A stretch of 51,556 nucleotides of DNA from Candidatus Niyogibacteria bacterium (GCA_016214345.1 JACROR010000025.1:1-51556); one strand, 5' to 3'; shown: positions 24,893-35,189, counted from the first letter of the stretch. Notes: generated from the sequence alone by a model not told the origin. A program made the numbers and translations.

Positions 24893-24920
24893 TTCATTCA
24901 CTCGCTACGCTCATTCACTG

Positions 24921-25007
24921 CGGAGAGGGCGGGACTCGAACCCGCAAGCGGCTTTTGGACCGCTACAGATTAGCAATCTGCTGCCTTACCATTCGGCGCA
25001 CCTCTCC
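24921..25007 (-). tRNA. tRNA-Ser, anticodon GCU
   Basis: 87 nt, class II. Acceptor GGAGAGG/CCTCTCC, anticodon arm GCAGA-TTGCTAA-TCTGT, long variable arm, T arm GCGGG-TTCGAGT-CCCGC, discriminator G. Confidence 0.9.
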
Positions 25008-25137
25008 TTAAAAAAATCAAAATTACGATATTCCGCCGAAGCGGAATAATTCTTAAATTAGCACGAAAATCTTTGTGGGGCAATCCGCGGATAATGTTTT
25101 ATTTTTTTAAGTTTTTAGCTTTCAGTTTTTAGTTTTT

Positions 25138-25839
25138 CTAATGCGCCACAACGAGGGCGATGATGTTTTTCGCGCCTGCTTTTTTGAGTTCGCGCGCGCA
25201 CTCTATGATGGTCGCTCCGGTGGTCAAGATATCGTCCACCAAGATCGCGGTTTTGCCCGAGATCCTCTCCGGATGTGGCACGGCAAAAGAATCGCGCAAA
25301 TTTTCCAATCGCTTCGCGCGTTCCGCCACCGCCACCTGCGAAGCAGTATTTTTTATTTTGAGCAAAATGTCCGTGGCGAGCGAGATACCGCTCTTGCGGG
25401 AAAGGGCGGCCGCGAGAATTTCGGATTGGTTAAATCCTCGTTCTCGCAACTTTCTTGCGGTTATGGGCACGGGCACGATCACGGAGTTTTCGTTTTTCAG
25501 ATTTTGTAGCGCGAAATTCGTATTATCGCAAAAAATATCGCCCAATGTTTCCGCAACCTTGGTCGCGGACCGGTATTTGAGATCATGGATCAATGCTTTG
25601 ATCGGCGGCTCGGAATAGCGGGCGGCCCAAAAGACCTTGATGGGGGAGATGCCGTAGGCGCGGGCGCAAGCGGCGCATATTCCGCAGTCGGACTCCTTGC
25701 CGCACGCGAAGCAAAATATTTCCGGAGGCCGGAGTTTCCGGCGGCAATCCTCACATAGCACCACACCCGACAAGCCGCAACCGCGGCATTTTTCGGGGAA
25801 TAAGAGGTCAAGTGTTTTATTCCAAAAATGTTTTAACAT
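25138..25839 (-). CDS. comF: ComF family protein (phosphoribosyltransferase domain, N-terminal Cys-rich zinc finger)
   Basis: 233 aa. CxxC pairs at the N-terminus and PRPP-binding loop ILVDDILTTGATI. Confidence 0.85.
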   Translation of the reverse strand: MLKHFWNKTLDLLFPEKCRGCGLSGVVLCEDCRRKLRPPEIFCFACGKESDCGICAACARAYGISPIKVFWAARYSEPPIKALIHDLKYRSATKVAETLGDIFCDNTNFALQNLKNENSVIVPVPITARKLRERGFNQSEILAAALSRKSGISLATDILLKIKNTASQVAVAERAKRLENLRDSFAVPHPERISGKTAILVDDILTTGATIIECARELKKAGAKNIIALVVAH

Positions 25840-25937
25840 AACGGCAATTACCTTTTATCTAAACAGCGCGGGTATGTGGATAATTCATTATTATAGCATC
25901 AGGGTGTATGATATACTTAAATTAGCAATTATGTTCA

Positions 25938-27065
25938 ATGGAAGACACATCCTTTCTAAAAAGATTGTTGTCCGGAAAATTTTTGATTGATCTTTGGCAA
26001 AAAGAAAGCGAAAGCATTCTTGGCATTGATTTGGGCTCTTCTTCGCTTAAAGTGGTGCAGATACGCAAAACCAAAGAGCGCGCGGTTTTAGAAACTTACG
26101 GGGAATTGAGCGTGGCGCATTACGCGGGAACGGATATGGGCAAGGCGGCGATTTTGCCCGAAGATAAGGCAGTGGAGATGATCGCGGATGCCGTGAAAGA
26201 ATCCGGAGCCAAGTCAACTGACGCGGTAGCGTCCATTTCGCTCCGCAACAGTTTTGTTACGGTCATAGACATGCCCGTGATGTCCGATAAAGAATTGGCA
26301 AAGTCTATTGCCTACGAGGCAAGGCGTTATATTCCGGTTCCTATTTCCGAAGTGGAGATGGATTGGTGGATTTTGCCTCATGGGATAGAAACAGAGGGCG
26401 AAGAAACCGAAATTGCCAAGAAAAAAACCACTGTTCCGGTATTGCTGGTCGCGATTCATAAAAATGTTTTAGACCAGCAGAAAAACATCATTAGGAGCGC
26501 CAATTTGAAGTTAAAAACTTTTGAGGTGGAAATATTCAGTCTGGCGCGCGCCTGCTTGGGCCGGGAACTTGTTCCGGTGTTAATCATTGACTTGGGAGCG
26601 TCTGCCACCAAAATGACCATAGTGGATTACGGGATAGTGAGAATGGCGCATAGCTTTGATAGCGGAGCGCAAGACATTACCGCGACATTATCCAGAGCGC
26701 TACGCATAGATTTTGGCAGGGCGGAAAAGTTGAAGCGGGAAGTCGGACTTTCGGACCGTCCGGAGCACAAAGAGATGAAACAGGTCATGAGCCCGATGCT
26801 GGATTATGTTTTCGCGGAAGCCGCGCGCTTGTCGTCCGATTACCGGATGAGACACGGCAGGTCCATTAGCCGCGTGATATTGGCGGGCGGCGGGGCGTTA
26901 CTCCCGGGCATCACGGAGTACGCGGTGAACAGGTTCGGCGTGGAAGTAAGCATGGCCAATCCGTTTACTAAAGTGGAGTATCCGGCATTTTTGGAGCCGG
27001 CGCTTCGTGAAATTGGACCTAATTTCGCGTCAGCCATAGGTTTGGCCCTGCGCGGACTTAAATAA
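25938..27065 (+). CDS. pilM: type IV pilus assembly protein PilM (actin-like ATPase fold)
   Basis: 375 aa. ILGIDLGSSSLKVVQI phosphate-1 motif and IIDLGASATK. First gene of the pilus cluster. Confidence 0.85.
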   Translation: MEDTSFLKRLLSGKFLIDLWQKESESILGIDLGSSSLKVVQIRKTKERAVLETYGELSVAHYAGTDMGKAAILPEDKAVEMIADAVKESGAKSTDAVASISLRNSFVTVIDMPVMSDKELAKSIAYEARRYIPVPISEVEMDWWILPHGIETEGEETEIAKKKTTVPVLLVAIHKNVLDQQKNIIRSANLKLKTFEVEIFSLARACLGRELVPVLIIDLGASATKMTIVDYGIVRMAHSFDSGAQDITATLSRALRIDFGRAEKLKREVGLSDRPEHKEMKQVMSPMLDYVFAEAARLSSDYRMRHGRSISRVILAGGGALLPGITEYAVNRFGVEVSMANPFTKVEYPAFLEPALREIGPNFASAIGLALRGLK

Positions 27066-27106
27066 CGGTTATTAAAAATTATTTAACAGAGTAAATTAAG
27101 GCGAAT

Positions 27107-27673
27107 ATGTCTTTAGATACCACGTCTTTTATATCAAAAACCACAGTTTTACCCAGCCCGGTTTATAAATCAAAGGGCTTGGGTTTTTTGACCATAATAT
27201 CCGTCGTGCTTTTAGTCGTGTCGTTCGCGGCTTTGGCGGGCGTGTGGCTTTATATGGGAGTTCTGCGGGGAGACATGGACAGGTTGAGCGCTGATTTTGA
27301 CAAAACTAAAAAAGAATTTGACATCGCGTCCATTCAGGATTTGTCCGCCGTATCAACCTCTATTGATGTTTCCAAAAAAATATTGCAATCGCACGTCGCC
27401 GTATCCAGGATAATGGATATGTTGGAGCAAAATACTTTGCCCGACGTAAGATTTTCCAACTTTAATTACGGGGGAGGCGGAGGTAATCTGATAACTCTCG
27501 CGGGAGATGCTAAAAGTTACACTACGCTGGCGGAGCAGGCATTGGTCTTGGAGAGTATCAAAAATGTTGAAAGTTTGTCGCTTTCCAATTTATCTTTGCG
27601 GGGAGGCGGGCGCGTAGGTTTTGATTTGTTCATTACTATCAAACCGGACCTTATAAACTATCAGGTAAAATAA
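27107..27673 (+). CDS. pilN: PilN-like bitopic pilus alignment protein
   Basis: 188 aa with a single N-proximal TM helix, then coiled coil. Lies directly after pilM. Confidence 0.5.
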   Translation: MSLDTTSFISKTTVLPSPVYKSKGLGFLTIISVVLLVVSFAALAGVWLYMGVLRGDMDRLSADFDKTKKEFDIASIQDLSAVSTSIDVSKKILQSHVAVSRIMDMLEQNTLPDVRFSNFNYGGGGGNLITLAGDAKSYTTLAEQALVLESIKNVESLSLSNLSLRGGGRVGFDLFITIKPDLINYQVK

Positions 27674-27677
27674 ATTC

Positions 27678-28220
27678 ATGAAGCAAGCTATCGTGGCGGT
27701 CATCTTTATAAGCGCGGCAGTAGGAGTATTTTGGGGCTGGACCATGCCCATGTTGAGCCAAATGCAAGCTTTACAGAAAGATATAGCCGATCTGAATGGA
27801 GTGATGTCCCGTTTTTATGATTTGCGGCAGATTAAAAATGATTTGACCACCACTTATAATTCCATAAGTTCCAAAGATTACGCGCAATTAAATCAGATCG
27901 CCCCTCATTCCGTCAAAGAAAGCGACTTGATCGTGGAATTTGAAGGACTGGCTTCAGCCAATGGAATGGTGTTGAAACGCGTGGACATCAAACCCACGCC
28001 CAAAGAAGAAAGGGGCGTAAAGCTCGCCACCAAAGATTCGGCGGAAGGTATTTCCATCAATTTGGTGATAGACGGTTCTTACGCTTCGCTCAAGTCATTT
28101 TTGCGGCAGGCGGAAGATTCGCTTCGCGTGATAGACGTGAGGGCGCTGTCTTTTTTGGCGGGAGAAAAAGATTTTTATGAATTTAACATAACGGCCGAGG
28201 CCTATTTTCAAAAACCATGA
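27678..28220 (+). CDS. pilO: PilO-like bitopic pilus alignment protein
   Basis: 180 aa with an N-terminal TM helix, a coiled coil and a ferredoxin-like C-terminus. Assignment is by position. Confidence 0.5.
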   Translation: MKQAIVAVIFISAAVGVFWGWTMPMLSQMQALQKDIADLNGVMSRFYDLRQIKNDLTTTYNSISSKDYAQLNQIAPHSVKESDLIVEFEGLASANGMVLKRVDIKPTPKEERGVKLATKDSAEGISINLVIDGSYASLKSFLRQAEDSLRVIDVRALSFLAGEKDFYEFNITAEAYFQKP

Positions 28221-28510
28221 AGACTAATATTTTGACCATCATTTTAGTAATAGCGGTATTGGTGTTCGGCTACGTCGGTTATGGCTATTTTAAGCCCGCG
28301 CCGGCTTTAAGCGTGGAAAAAACCTCTTCGGTCGCGGGATCAAGCACGGAAACGCGCGCCCTTTTGGATGCTTTATCCATCATGCAGGGTTTGCGCATTG
28401 ACACGGGATTTTTCAACAGTCCCGTGTACAAGAACTTAAAAGATCTTTCTCCGGAAGTTAGCATTCCGTCTGTGAGGGGCAGAACCAATCCATTTCTACC
28501 TCTTCAGTAA
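28217..28510 (+). CDS. small membrane-anchored pilus-cluster protein (hypothetical)
   Basis: 97 aa with an N-terminal TM helix. There is a 4-nt overlap with the upstream gene. Confidence 0.45.
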   Translation: MKTNILTIILVIAVLVFGYVGYGYFKPAPALSVEKTSSVAGSSTETRALLDALSIMQGLRIDTGFFNSPVYKNLKDLSPEVSIPSVRGRTNPFLPLQ

Positions 28511-28537
28511 AATAATAGTTTCAAAGATATTCAAATT

Positions 28538-30250
28538 ATGGACGATACAAGATTTGCCGATCTTCTGGTAGAGCGCGGCGTTATAACGGCCGATAGCTTG
28601 AATAAAGCGAAACAAGAGGCATCCTCCCGAGGCGTTACGCTAGGGGATATTTTGCTGGAACGCGGAGTGCCGGAGGCGGAAATTTTGACGGTCAAGGGCG
28701 AGATCGTGGGCGTACCCACCAAATCTTTGGGCAGGAAAAAAGTTCCTTTTGAGGTGTTAAAAATGATCCCCGAAGAATCGTCCAAACATTATCAATTCGT
28801 GCCGATCGGTCTGGTGGACGGGGTTTTGGAAATTGGCATGTTAAATCCGCAAGATATTACGGCGCGGGAGGCCCTGAATTTCATTGCCGCGAAAGTGAAC
28901 ATGCCGTTTAAAATTTTTTTGATAGCCAAGTCGGACTTTGACGTAGTGGTTGAAGAATATAAAAGTTTGGGCGGAGAGGTGACCAAGGCGTTGGGCGAAT
29001 TGGAACAGATGCTGACCGAAGCGGAAAAAGCCGTACCGGATAAAACCAAAAAAGAACTTGGATTTATTGAGGAAACTCCGGTCACCAAAATGGTGGCGGT
29101 GATGTTGCGGCATGCCGTAGAGGGCCACGCTTCGGATATTCATATAGAACCGCAAAGGAATCAGTTGCGGGTGCGATTTCGCGTGGACGGCGTGCTACAC
29201 ACCAGTTTGGTGTTGCCCTTGAAGGTGCACGAAGCAGTGGTTTCCAGAATAAAAATACTCACCAATATGCAGCTGGATGAAAAAAGAAAGCCGCAGGATG
29301 GGCGTTTTGGCGCCATGATAGAAGGGCGCGAGATAGACTTCCGCGTGTCCACTTTCCCCACTTATTTTGGAGAAAAAGCAGAAATAAGAATTTTGGATAC
29401 CGAGGAAGGAGTTAAAAGTTTGGAACAGCTCGGCTTGTCGGGACGAAATTTAGAAACTATAAAAGAAGGGTTAAAGCGTCCGCATGGGCTTATTTTAATC
29501 ACCGGTCCGACCGGATCGGGCAAGACCAGCACGCTTTATTCCATGCTGAAAATGATCAACCAGGAAGGAGTTAACGTAGTTAGTTTGGAAGATCCCGTGG
29601 AATACAATATTGAGGGTGTGGGCCAGTCCCAAGTACGCCCCGAAATAGGATATGATTTCGCGAGCGGCTTGCGTTCCATTCTCCGTCAGGATCCGGACAT
29701 TATAATGGTGGGCGAAATACGAGATAAAGAAACCGCGCAGTTAGCCATTCATGCCGCGCTTACCGGACATTTGGTTTTATCCACGCTTCATACCAATTCG
29801 GCCATCGGAGTAATTCCCCGGCTTATTGACATGGGAGTGGATCCGTATCTTATAGCGCCGACTTTGATTTCCGCCATTGCCCAAAGATTAGTTAGGGTTT
29901 TGTGCGAGGATTCCAAAAAAGAGATCGCGGTGGATGGTTTGGTAAAAGAGAAGTTGGAAAAAGAAATAGTCGGCGTTCCGATTTCCGCCCAAGAGGACTT
30001 TAAACTGCCTCCGCGGATTTATCAGGCGTCGCCTTCGCCGCAATGTCCCAAAGGAACTTCGGGGCGAGTAGGAGTTTTTGAAGTTATTAATATGACGCCG
30101 GGACTGGAGCATTTGGTTCTGGCCAAACCCAACGAGTTGGAGGTTTTAGACGAGGCGCGCAAACAGGGAATGATCACCATGCGCGAAGACGGCATTTTAA
30201 AGGTTTTTCAAGGAAAGGTGGGTCTGGAAGAATTAGAGGAACTTGTATGA
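28538..30250 (+). CDS. pilB: type IV pilus extension ATPase PilB (GspE family)
   Basis: 570 aa. N-terminal T2SSE_N-type domain, Walker A GPTGSGKTS, Asp box, Walker B DPDIIMVGEIRD, His box TGHLVLSTLHTN. Confidence 0.92.
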   Translation: MDDTRFADLLVERGVITADSLNKAKQEASSRGVTLGDILLERGVPEAEILTVKGEIVGVPTKSLGRKKVPFEVLKMIPEESSKHYQFVPIGLVDGVLEIGMLNPQDITAREALNFIAAKVNMPFKIFLIAKSDFDVVVEEYKSLGGEVTKALGELEQMLTEAEKAVPDKTKKELGFIEETPVTKMVAVMLRHAVEGHASDIHIEPQRNQLRVRFRVDGVLHTSLVLPLKVHEAVVSRIKILTNMQLDEKRKPQDGRFGAMIEGREIDFRVSTFPTYFGEKAEIRILDTEEGVKSLEQLGLSGRNLETIKEGLKRPHGLILITGPTGSGKTSTLYSMLKMINQEGVNVVSLEDPVEYNIEGVGQSQVRPEIGYDFASGLRSILRQDPDIIMVGEIRDKETAQLAIHAALTGHLVLSTLHTNSAIGVIPRLIDMGVDPYLIAPTLISAIAQRLVRVLCEDSKKEIAVDGLVKEKLEKEIVGVPISAQEDFKLPPRIYQASPSPQCPKGTSGRVGVFEVINMTPGLEHLVLAKPNELEVLDEARKQGMITMREDGILKVFQGKVGLEELEELV

Positions 30251-30687
30251 CGCAACCACAAAAAGGAATGACAATTTTGGAAATAATGACGAGCGCGGCG
30301 CTGGTAATTATAATCGGCGGAGCATTTTTTTTCGTATTCTGGAAAATGAGCGCGAAAAGCAGAGACTTACAACGGGAGCAGGACGTAAAACAAATACAAA
30401 ACGCTTTGAATCTTTACATAACCAGCGTAGGCCGTTTTCCGGTTTGCGGCGGTGACCTAATCGTAAACGGGATTGATGATTGTCTGACCGTGGAATTGAA
30501 ACGGCTCGGTGTTTTAGCCGGAGTACCGGCGGATCCGTTAAAGAATAAGGACGGAAAGTGCGGCGCGCCGGATTCCCATGTTTATTGTTATGGGTCTTTG
30601 GACGGATCGGATTATGTATTAAAATATAATTTAGAGACGGACGGTATTGCCGGGCACGCGTCCGGCTGGAATTCAGTCAGCCCTTGA
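30247..30687 (+). CDS. prepilin-type N-terminal domain protein (pilin-like)
   Basis: MTQPQKG|MTILEIMTSAALVIIIG gives a Gly-1/Glu+5 class III signal. The ATGA overlaps the pilB stop. Confidence 0.55.
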   Translation: MTQPQKGMTILEIMTSAALVIIIGGAFFFVFWKMSAKSRDLQREQDVKQIQNALNLYITSVGRFPVCGGDLIVNGIDDCLTVELKRLGVLAGVPADPLKNKDGKCGAPDSHVYCYGSLDGSDYVLKYNLETDGIAGHASGWNSVSP

Positions 30688-30826
30688 TTGCTAAACTTTG
30701 AATATTTGAATAAAATATAGAACTTTATTTACCCCGCCCTCTAACGCGCTAATATGAGTAATTTTAATAAAAATGCTAAAATAAAAAAGCTAACAATTAT
30801 TAAATAAAAATAAGAAAATCAATCAT

Positions 30827-31897
30827 ATGGCAAAAGATTATAGTAAAGAATTAGCGGAATTAATAATGATAGTCGCCAAAGAGGAGGCGTCCGATTTGCA
30901 TATTTCCGTGGGACGGCATCCGACTGTGCGTATTTCGGGCGCGCTGGTGCCGCTGATTAAAAGCGCGGTGATAACGCCGGAAGACGCCGAAGGGCTGGTT
31001 TACGCCATGCTATCCGAAGAGCAGAAGAAAGAGTTGATAGCTGAACGGGAACTTGATTTTTCATATAATTTTGAAGACAAAGCGCGTTTCAGGGTCAACG
31101 CTTTTTATCAGAGAGGCTTTATCGGCGCCGCGCTTCGTTTGATTCCGGTCAGCATCAAAGATTTAAAAACATTGAATCTTCCCGAGTCAATCGCTTCTTT
31201 TACCAGAAAAGAGCAGGGATTTTTTTTGGTGGTGGGGCCAACCGGACACGGCAAGTCAACTACGCTCGCGAGTTTGATAGACATTATAAATCATGAAAAG
31301 GCGACTCATATCATAACCATTGAAGATCCCATGGAGTATATTTTTACGCAGGATAAATCCATCATAGATCAGCGCGAGGTGAGAAGCGATACCAAAGATT
31401 TTCACAGGGCGTTGCGGTCCATGTTCCGTGAAGACGTGAATGTGGCGATGATCGGAGAGATGCGCGATTACGATACCATATCTTCGGCCGTAACAGCCGC
31501 GGAAACCGGGCATTTGATTTTTTCTTCTTTACATACCAATAACGCGGCGCAGACCATTGACCGTATCATTGATTCTTTTCCTCCGGAACAGCACAATCAA
31601 ATCCGCTCCCAACTATCCAGCACTATCTTGGGAATATTTTCACAGAGACTTGTGCCGCGCGTGTCCGGAGGGTTGATACCGGCGTACGAATTATTGATTG
31701 CCAATAACGCCATACGCAATCTTATCCGCGAAAACAAGATTCATGAGATTGATCTGGTCATAGATACCAGCGCCGATCTGGGTATGGTTAGTTTTAACCG
31801 GTCTTTAATGGAGTTGGTGCGCCAAGGAGAAATAACCATGGAGAGCGCGCTTACTTATTCGTTGAATCCGAGCGCGTTGCAGGCGCTGTATAAATAA
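30827..31897 (+). CDS. pilT: type IV pilus retraction ATPase PilT
   Basis: 356 aa. Walker A GPTGHGKST, MIGEMRD, TGHLIFSSLHTN, and AIRNLIRE, the PilT signature. Confidence 0.92.
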   Translation: MAKDYSKELAELIMIVAKEEASDLHISVGRHPTVRISGALVPLIKSAVITPEDAEGLVYAMLSEEQKKELIAERELDFSYNFEDKARFRVNAFYQRGFIGAALRLIPVSIKDLKTLNLPESIASFTRKEQGFFLVVGPTGHGKSTTLASLIDIINHEKATHIITIEDPMEYIFTQDKSIIDQREVRSDTKDFHRALRSMFREDVNVAMIGEMRDYDTISSAVTAAETGHLIFSSLHTNNAAQTIDRIIDSFPPEQHNQIRSQLSSTILGIFSQRLVPRVSGGLIPAYELLIANNAIRNLIRENKIHEIDLVIDTSADLGMVSFNRSLMELVRQGEITMESALTYSLNPSALQALYK

Positions 31898-31935
31898 TTT
31901 GGAAACCGAGTTTCCAAAAATGTTAGAATAGAATT

Positions 31936-33144
31936 ATGCTTTTTAAATATCAGGTTAAAACTCCGGAAGGAGAGGTAAAATCAGGAACCATAGACGCGGC
32001 GTCCACGGAGGTGGCTTTGGCGTCTTTGCATCGCCGCAATCTTATCGTGATGACGCTTGTATCCGATGAGAGCGCTTTGCCGTGGTATCGGCGCGGAACC
32101 ACTATGTTTGAATTCGTAAAGGCGCGCGATGTGGTTATTTTGTCGCGTCAACTATCCACCTTATTTGAAGCGAAAGTTCCGGTGGTGGATGCCTTAAAGG
32201 TGCTGATAGCCGAAACGACCAATGCTACGCTGAAAAAAAATCTAAGCGAAGTTTTGGATGACATTCACAGCGGTATGTCCATTTCTGGCGCGTTGGCGAA
32301 ACATCCCAAAGCGTTTTCCAAATTTTACGTGAGCATGGTGAGATCCGGTGAAGAGTCCGGCAAGCTGGATGAAATATTTCTATATTTGGCGGATTATTTG
32401 GAGCGTTCTTACGACTTGATGAACAAAGCTAAGAACGCGCTGACTTATCCCGCTTTCGTATTGGTCGCTTTTTCGGGAGTTATGGTGGTGATGCTTACCG
32501 TGGTCATTCCTAAATTGAGCTCCATATTGATAGAAACCGGACAGGCCCTGCCTTTTTATACCCGCGCCATCATCGGGTTTAGCGATTTTATCAGAAATTT
32601 TGGAGTTTTTATTTTAGTGGCGTTAGCCGTCGGCGTTATATTTTTATGGAGATATTTAACAACTGACGCGGGTAAAATGACTTTCGCGCAGTTTCAAATA
32701 TCTATTCCTGCCATAGGCACTTTGTATAGGAAACTTTATATCGCCAGGATATCGGACAATTTACAGACCCTTTTGGCGGGAGGGGTTCCGGTGGTGCGCG
32801 CTTTGGAAATTTCGGCGGATGTTGTGGGCAATGAAGTGTATGCCGCCATCATGCGTGACGCTACCGCGGCGGTGCAGGCCGGAAGTCCGATTTCCGAAGC
32901 GCTGGCCCGTTACGATGAAATTCCCAAATTAATGTCGCAGTCCATTAAAATAGGCGAGGAGACCGGAAAATTGGATTATATTTTGGGAACTTTAGCGCGT
33001 TTTTACAGGAGGGAGGTGGATAGCGCGGTTGATAATATTGTTAGCTTGATTGAGCCGATTATGATTATTGTGCTGGGCTTGGGCGTGGGGCTTTTGGTGG
33101 CCGCCATATTGGTGCCCATATACAATATTTCGTCAGGATTATAA
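31936..33144 (+). CDS. pilC: type IV pilus platform protein PilC (GspF family)
   Basis: 402 aa with two T2SSF repeats and three TM segments. Confidence 0.9.
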   Translation: MLFKYQVKTPEGEVKSGTIDAASTEVALASLHRRNLIVMTLVSDESALPWYRRGTTMFEFVKARDVVILSRQLSTLFEAKVPVVDALKVLIAETTNATLKKNLSEVLDDIHSGMSISGALAKHPKAFSKFYVSMVRSGEESGKLDEIFLYLADYLERSYDLMNKAKNALTYPAFVLVAFSGVMVVMLTVVIPKLSSILIETGQALPFYTRAIIGFSDFIRNFGVFILVALAVGVIFLWRYLTTDAGKMTFAQFQISIPAIGTLYRKLYIARISDNLQTLLAGGVPVVRALEISADVVGNEVYAAIMRDATAAVQAGSPISEALARYDEIPKLMSQSIKIGEETGKLDYILGTLARFYRREVDSAVDNIVSLIEPIMIIVLGLGVGLLVAAILVPIYNISSGL

Positions 33145-33230
33145 TACTGTTATCCACAGCCGTCTTTATGGTGAAGTTTTCTGACGAAGTGATATAATAT
33201 ATACGGGTTTAGTTTTTAGTTTTTAGTTTT

Positions 33231-33719
33231 ATGTTGAAAAGATATAAACCGGGGGGCGGTTCGGGTGGTTTTACCCTTATTGAGCTTTTGGTGGTCATTG
33301 CCATTATTGGCATTTTGGCATCCGTGGTTTTGGCGTCTTTGAATGACGCGCGCAAGAAAGGTCGTGATGTTCGTCGTTTATCTGATCTAAGAGCAATGGG
33401 CAATGCGATTGCTATGTTGGGAGAAGCCACGGCCTTTGTCGGTTGTACCGCGTCAGGCCTTGCCAATGCTTGTACGACGCCGAACTTTGCATCCCCGGCC
33501 TTTACCGATCCCAGCGGCAGCGCGGTTTGTGGCATTGGAGCGACAACGGCGGCATGTAATTATCGTGTAGCGAAGCAGGGCGCTTCTGGAGCTCCCACGG
33601 CGGCTGATTGGCAAATTTGCGCTTATTTGGAGGCAGGAGCGGGAAGTTTGGCGGCAGGGCCGGTGCATATAGGCAGCGATACCAGTTATAGTATTATTGC
33701 CGGTGGTTGCACCTTTTAA
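33231..33719 (+). CDS. type IV major pilin candidate 1
   Basis: Leader [13 protein letters not shown]|[25 protein letters not shown]. Cys-containing variable C-terminus. Confidence 0.85.
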   Translation: MLKRYKPGGGSGGFTLIELLVVIAIIGILASVVLASLNDARKKGRDVRRLSDLRAMGNAIAMLGEATAFVGCTASGLANACTTPNFASPAFTDPSGSAVCGIGATTAACNYRVAKQGASGAPTAADWQICAYLEAGAGSLAAGPVHIGSDTSYSIIAGGCTF

Positions 33720-33828
33720 CTTCTTTAATTTTAATTTTGAGTTAAAGAGTTGCGCCTCGCTTTGTTAAAAAAGATTGAATTAGTATACATAAGGTCGAAA
33801 GTTTTAATTTTTACGATTTAAAAAAACT

Positions 33829-34320
33829 ATGAAAAATACAAAAAAAGGTTTTACTTTGATTGAGCTTTTGGTGGTTATTGCCATTATCGGTATTTTGGCA
33901 TCCGTGGTTTTGGCGTCTTTGAACAGCGCGCGTAAAAAGGGCCGAGACGCGAGACGCGTTGCCGATATCAAACAGGTCCAATTGGCGTTGGAGCTTTATT
34001 TTGACGCCATGAAGAATTATCCGCAAGCATTAGGTGGTACGGGTAATTTAGTGCCTGCTTATTTGCCAGCGGAGCCCAAAGATCCTTTGACCGGTGCCTC
34101 TTATAATTATGCAGTAAATGCTGCTTCAGCAGCCTCTACTTATCATTTAGGAGCTACCCTGGAAGAATCTACCAACCCAGCCTTGAGTTCCGACAGAGAT
34201 TGCACCAGCTTAGCTGCGGGTTGTTTTGCGGGGGCGGCCACATCCGGTGGATTTAACGGTGCTGGCGCAGGGACTAACGGTGATGACGCAACAACTCCTG
34301 TTTACGATTTAACTCCGTAA
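33829..34320 (+). CDS. type IV major pilin candidate 2
   Basis: Leader MKNTKKG|[25 protein letters not shown]. The N-terminal helix is identical to pilin 1 and the globular domain is divergent. Confidence 0.85.
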   Translation: MKNTKKGFTLIELLVVIAIIGILASVVLASLNSARKKGRDARRVADIKQVQLALELYFDAMKNYPQALGGTGNLVPAYLPAEPKDPLTGASYNYAVNAASAASTYHLGATLEESTNPALSSDRDCTSLAAGCFAGAATSGGFNGAGAGTNGDDATTPVYDLTP

Positions 34321-34348
34321 TTTAAAGCGCCACGCTTTAAAAATACTT

Positions 34349-34380
34349 AAAAACAGCTTCGGTTTCCCGGAGCTGTTTTT
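34349..34380 (+). terminator. rho-independent terminator after the pilin genes
   Basis: aaaaacagcttcgg-tttc-ccggagctgttttt. Confidence 0.7.
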
Positions 34381-34403
34381 ATAGCGGCTATGTTATAATT
34401 TAA

Positions 34404-35189
34404 TTGATGGCATCTTTTTTTGTTTTAATTTTAGGCCTGATAGTCGGAAGTTTTCTGAATGTGGTTATTTTGCGTTTGAATACCGGAGAGTCCGCGATGA
34501 CCGGACGTTCGCGGTGTTTTTCCTGCGGCGCGCAACTTCAATGGTTTGACCTCGTTCCGCTTTTAAGTTTTCTTTGGCTTCGTGGCAAATGCAGGACCTG
34601 CGGCAGTCGCATATCTTGTCAATATCCTTTGGTGGAATTATCTACCGGATTGGTTTTTTATGCCATATATTTTAAATGGATGGTTTTTGCGGCAAATTTT
34701 TCCGGCGTGATGGGCGCCATGTTTTTTTTATGGGGTTTTGCGTTTTGGTCAATTTTTTTGGTTTCGGCGGTTTACGATTTGCGGCACAAAATTTTGCCTG
34801 ACCAAAACACTTATTTGCTGATAATTATCGCGTTGCTGGGGATAATTATTTTTGATCGGGAGAGATTGTGGCCATCCGTTGCCATAGGCGGCGCGCTTTT
34901 TTTATTTTTCGCGGGGCTTTGGTTTATTTCACGGGGTCGTTGGATGGGGTTTGGCGATGCCAAGCTTTTTTTCGGAGCGGGTTTATTTTTGGGTTGGCCG
35001 CAGGCGCTTTTGGCCCTGTTTTTTTCTTTTTGGATAGGAGCTATAATAAGTATAGCGGTCGCCCTCTGGCGAAAAAAGCTTAATTTAAAAAGTGAGATTC
35101 CTTTCGCGCCGTTTATTTTTTTGGGTTCGTTCATTGCCTTTTTATGGGGTGATGCCATATATTTTTGGCATTTAAATTTATTAATATGA
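34404..35189 (+). CDS. pilD: prepilin peptidase PilD (A24 family)
   Basis: 261 aa, polytopic. N-terminal Cys pairs CFSCG...CRTCG and the GFGDAKL aspartyl motif. ATG at 34407. Confidence 0.85.
   Translation: MMASFFVLILGLIVGSFLNVVILRLNTGESAMTGRSRCFSCGAQLQWFDLVPLLSFLWLRGKCRTCGSRISCQYPLVELSTGLVFYAIYFKWMVFAANFSGVMGAMFFLWGFAFWSIFLVSAVYDLRHKILPDQNTYLLIIIALLGIIIFDRERLWPSVAIGGALFLFFAGLWFISRGRWMGFGDAKLFFGAGLFLGWPQALLALFFSFWIGAIISIAVALWRKKLNLKSEIPFAPFIFLGSFIAFLWGDAIYFWHLNLLI

Noticed and set aside
24710-24901. 63-aa minus-strand ORF downstream of tRNA-Ser(GCU)
   Set aside because: It is composed of palindromic modules shared with 44263..44354, where the frame is not conserved. It includes the translated family A palindrome (LPTGKQA).
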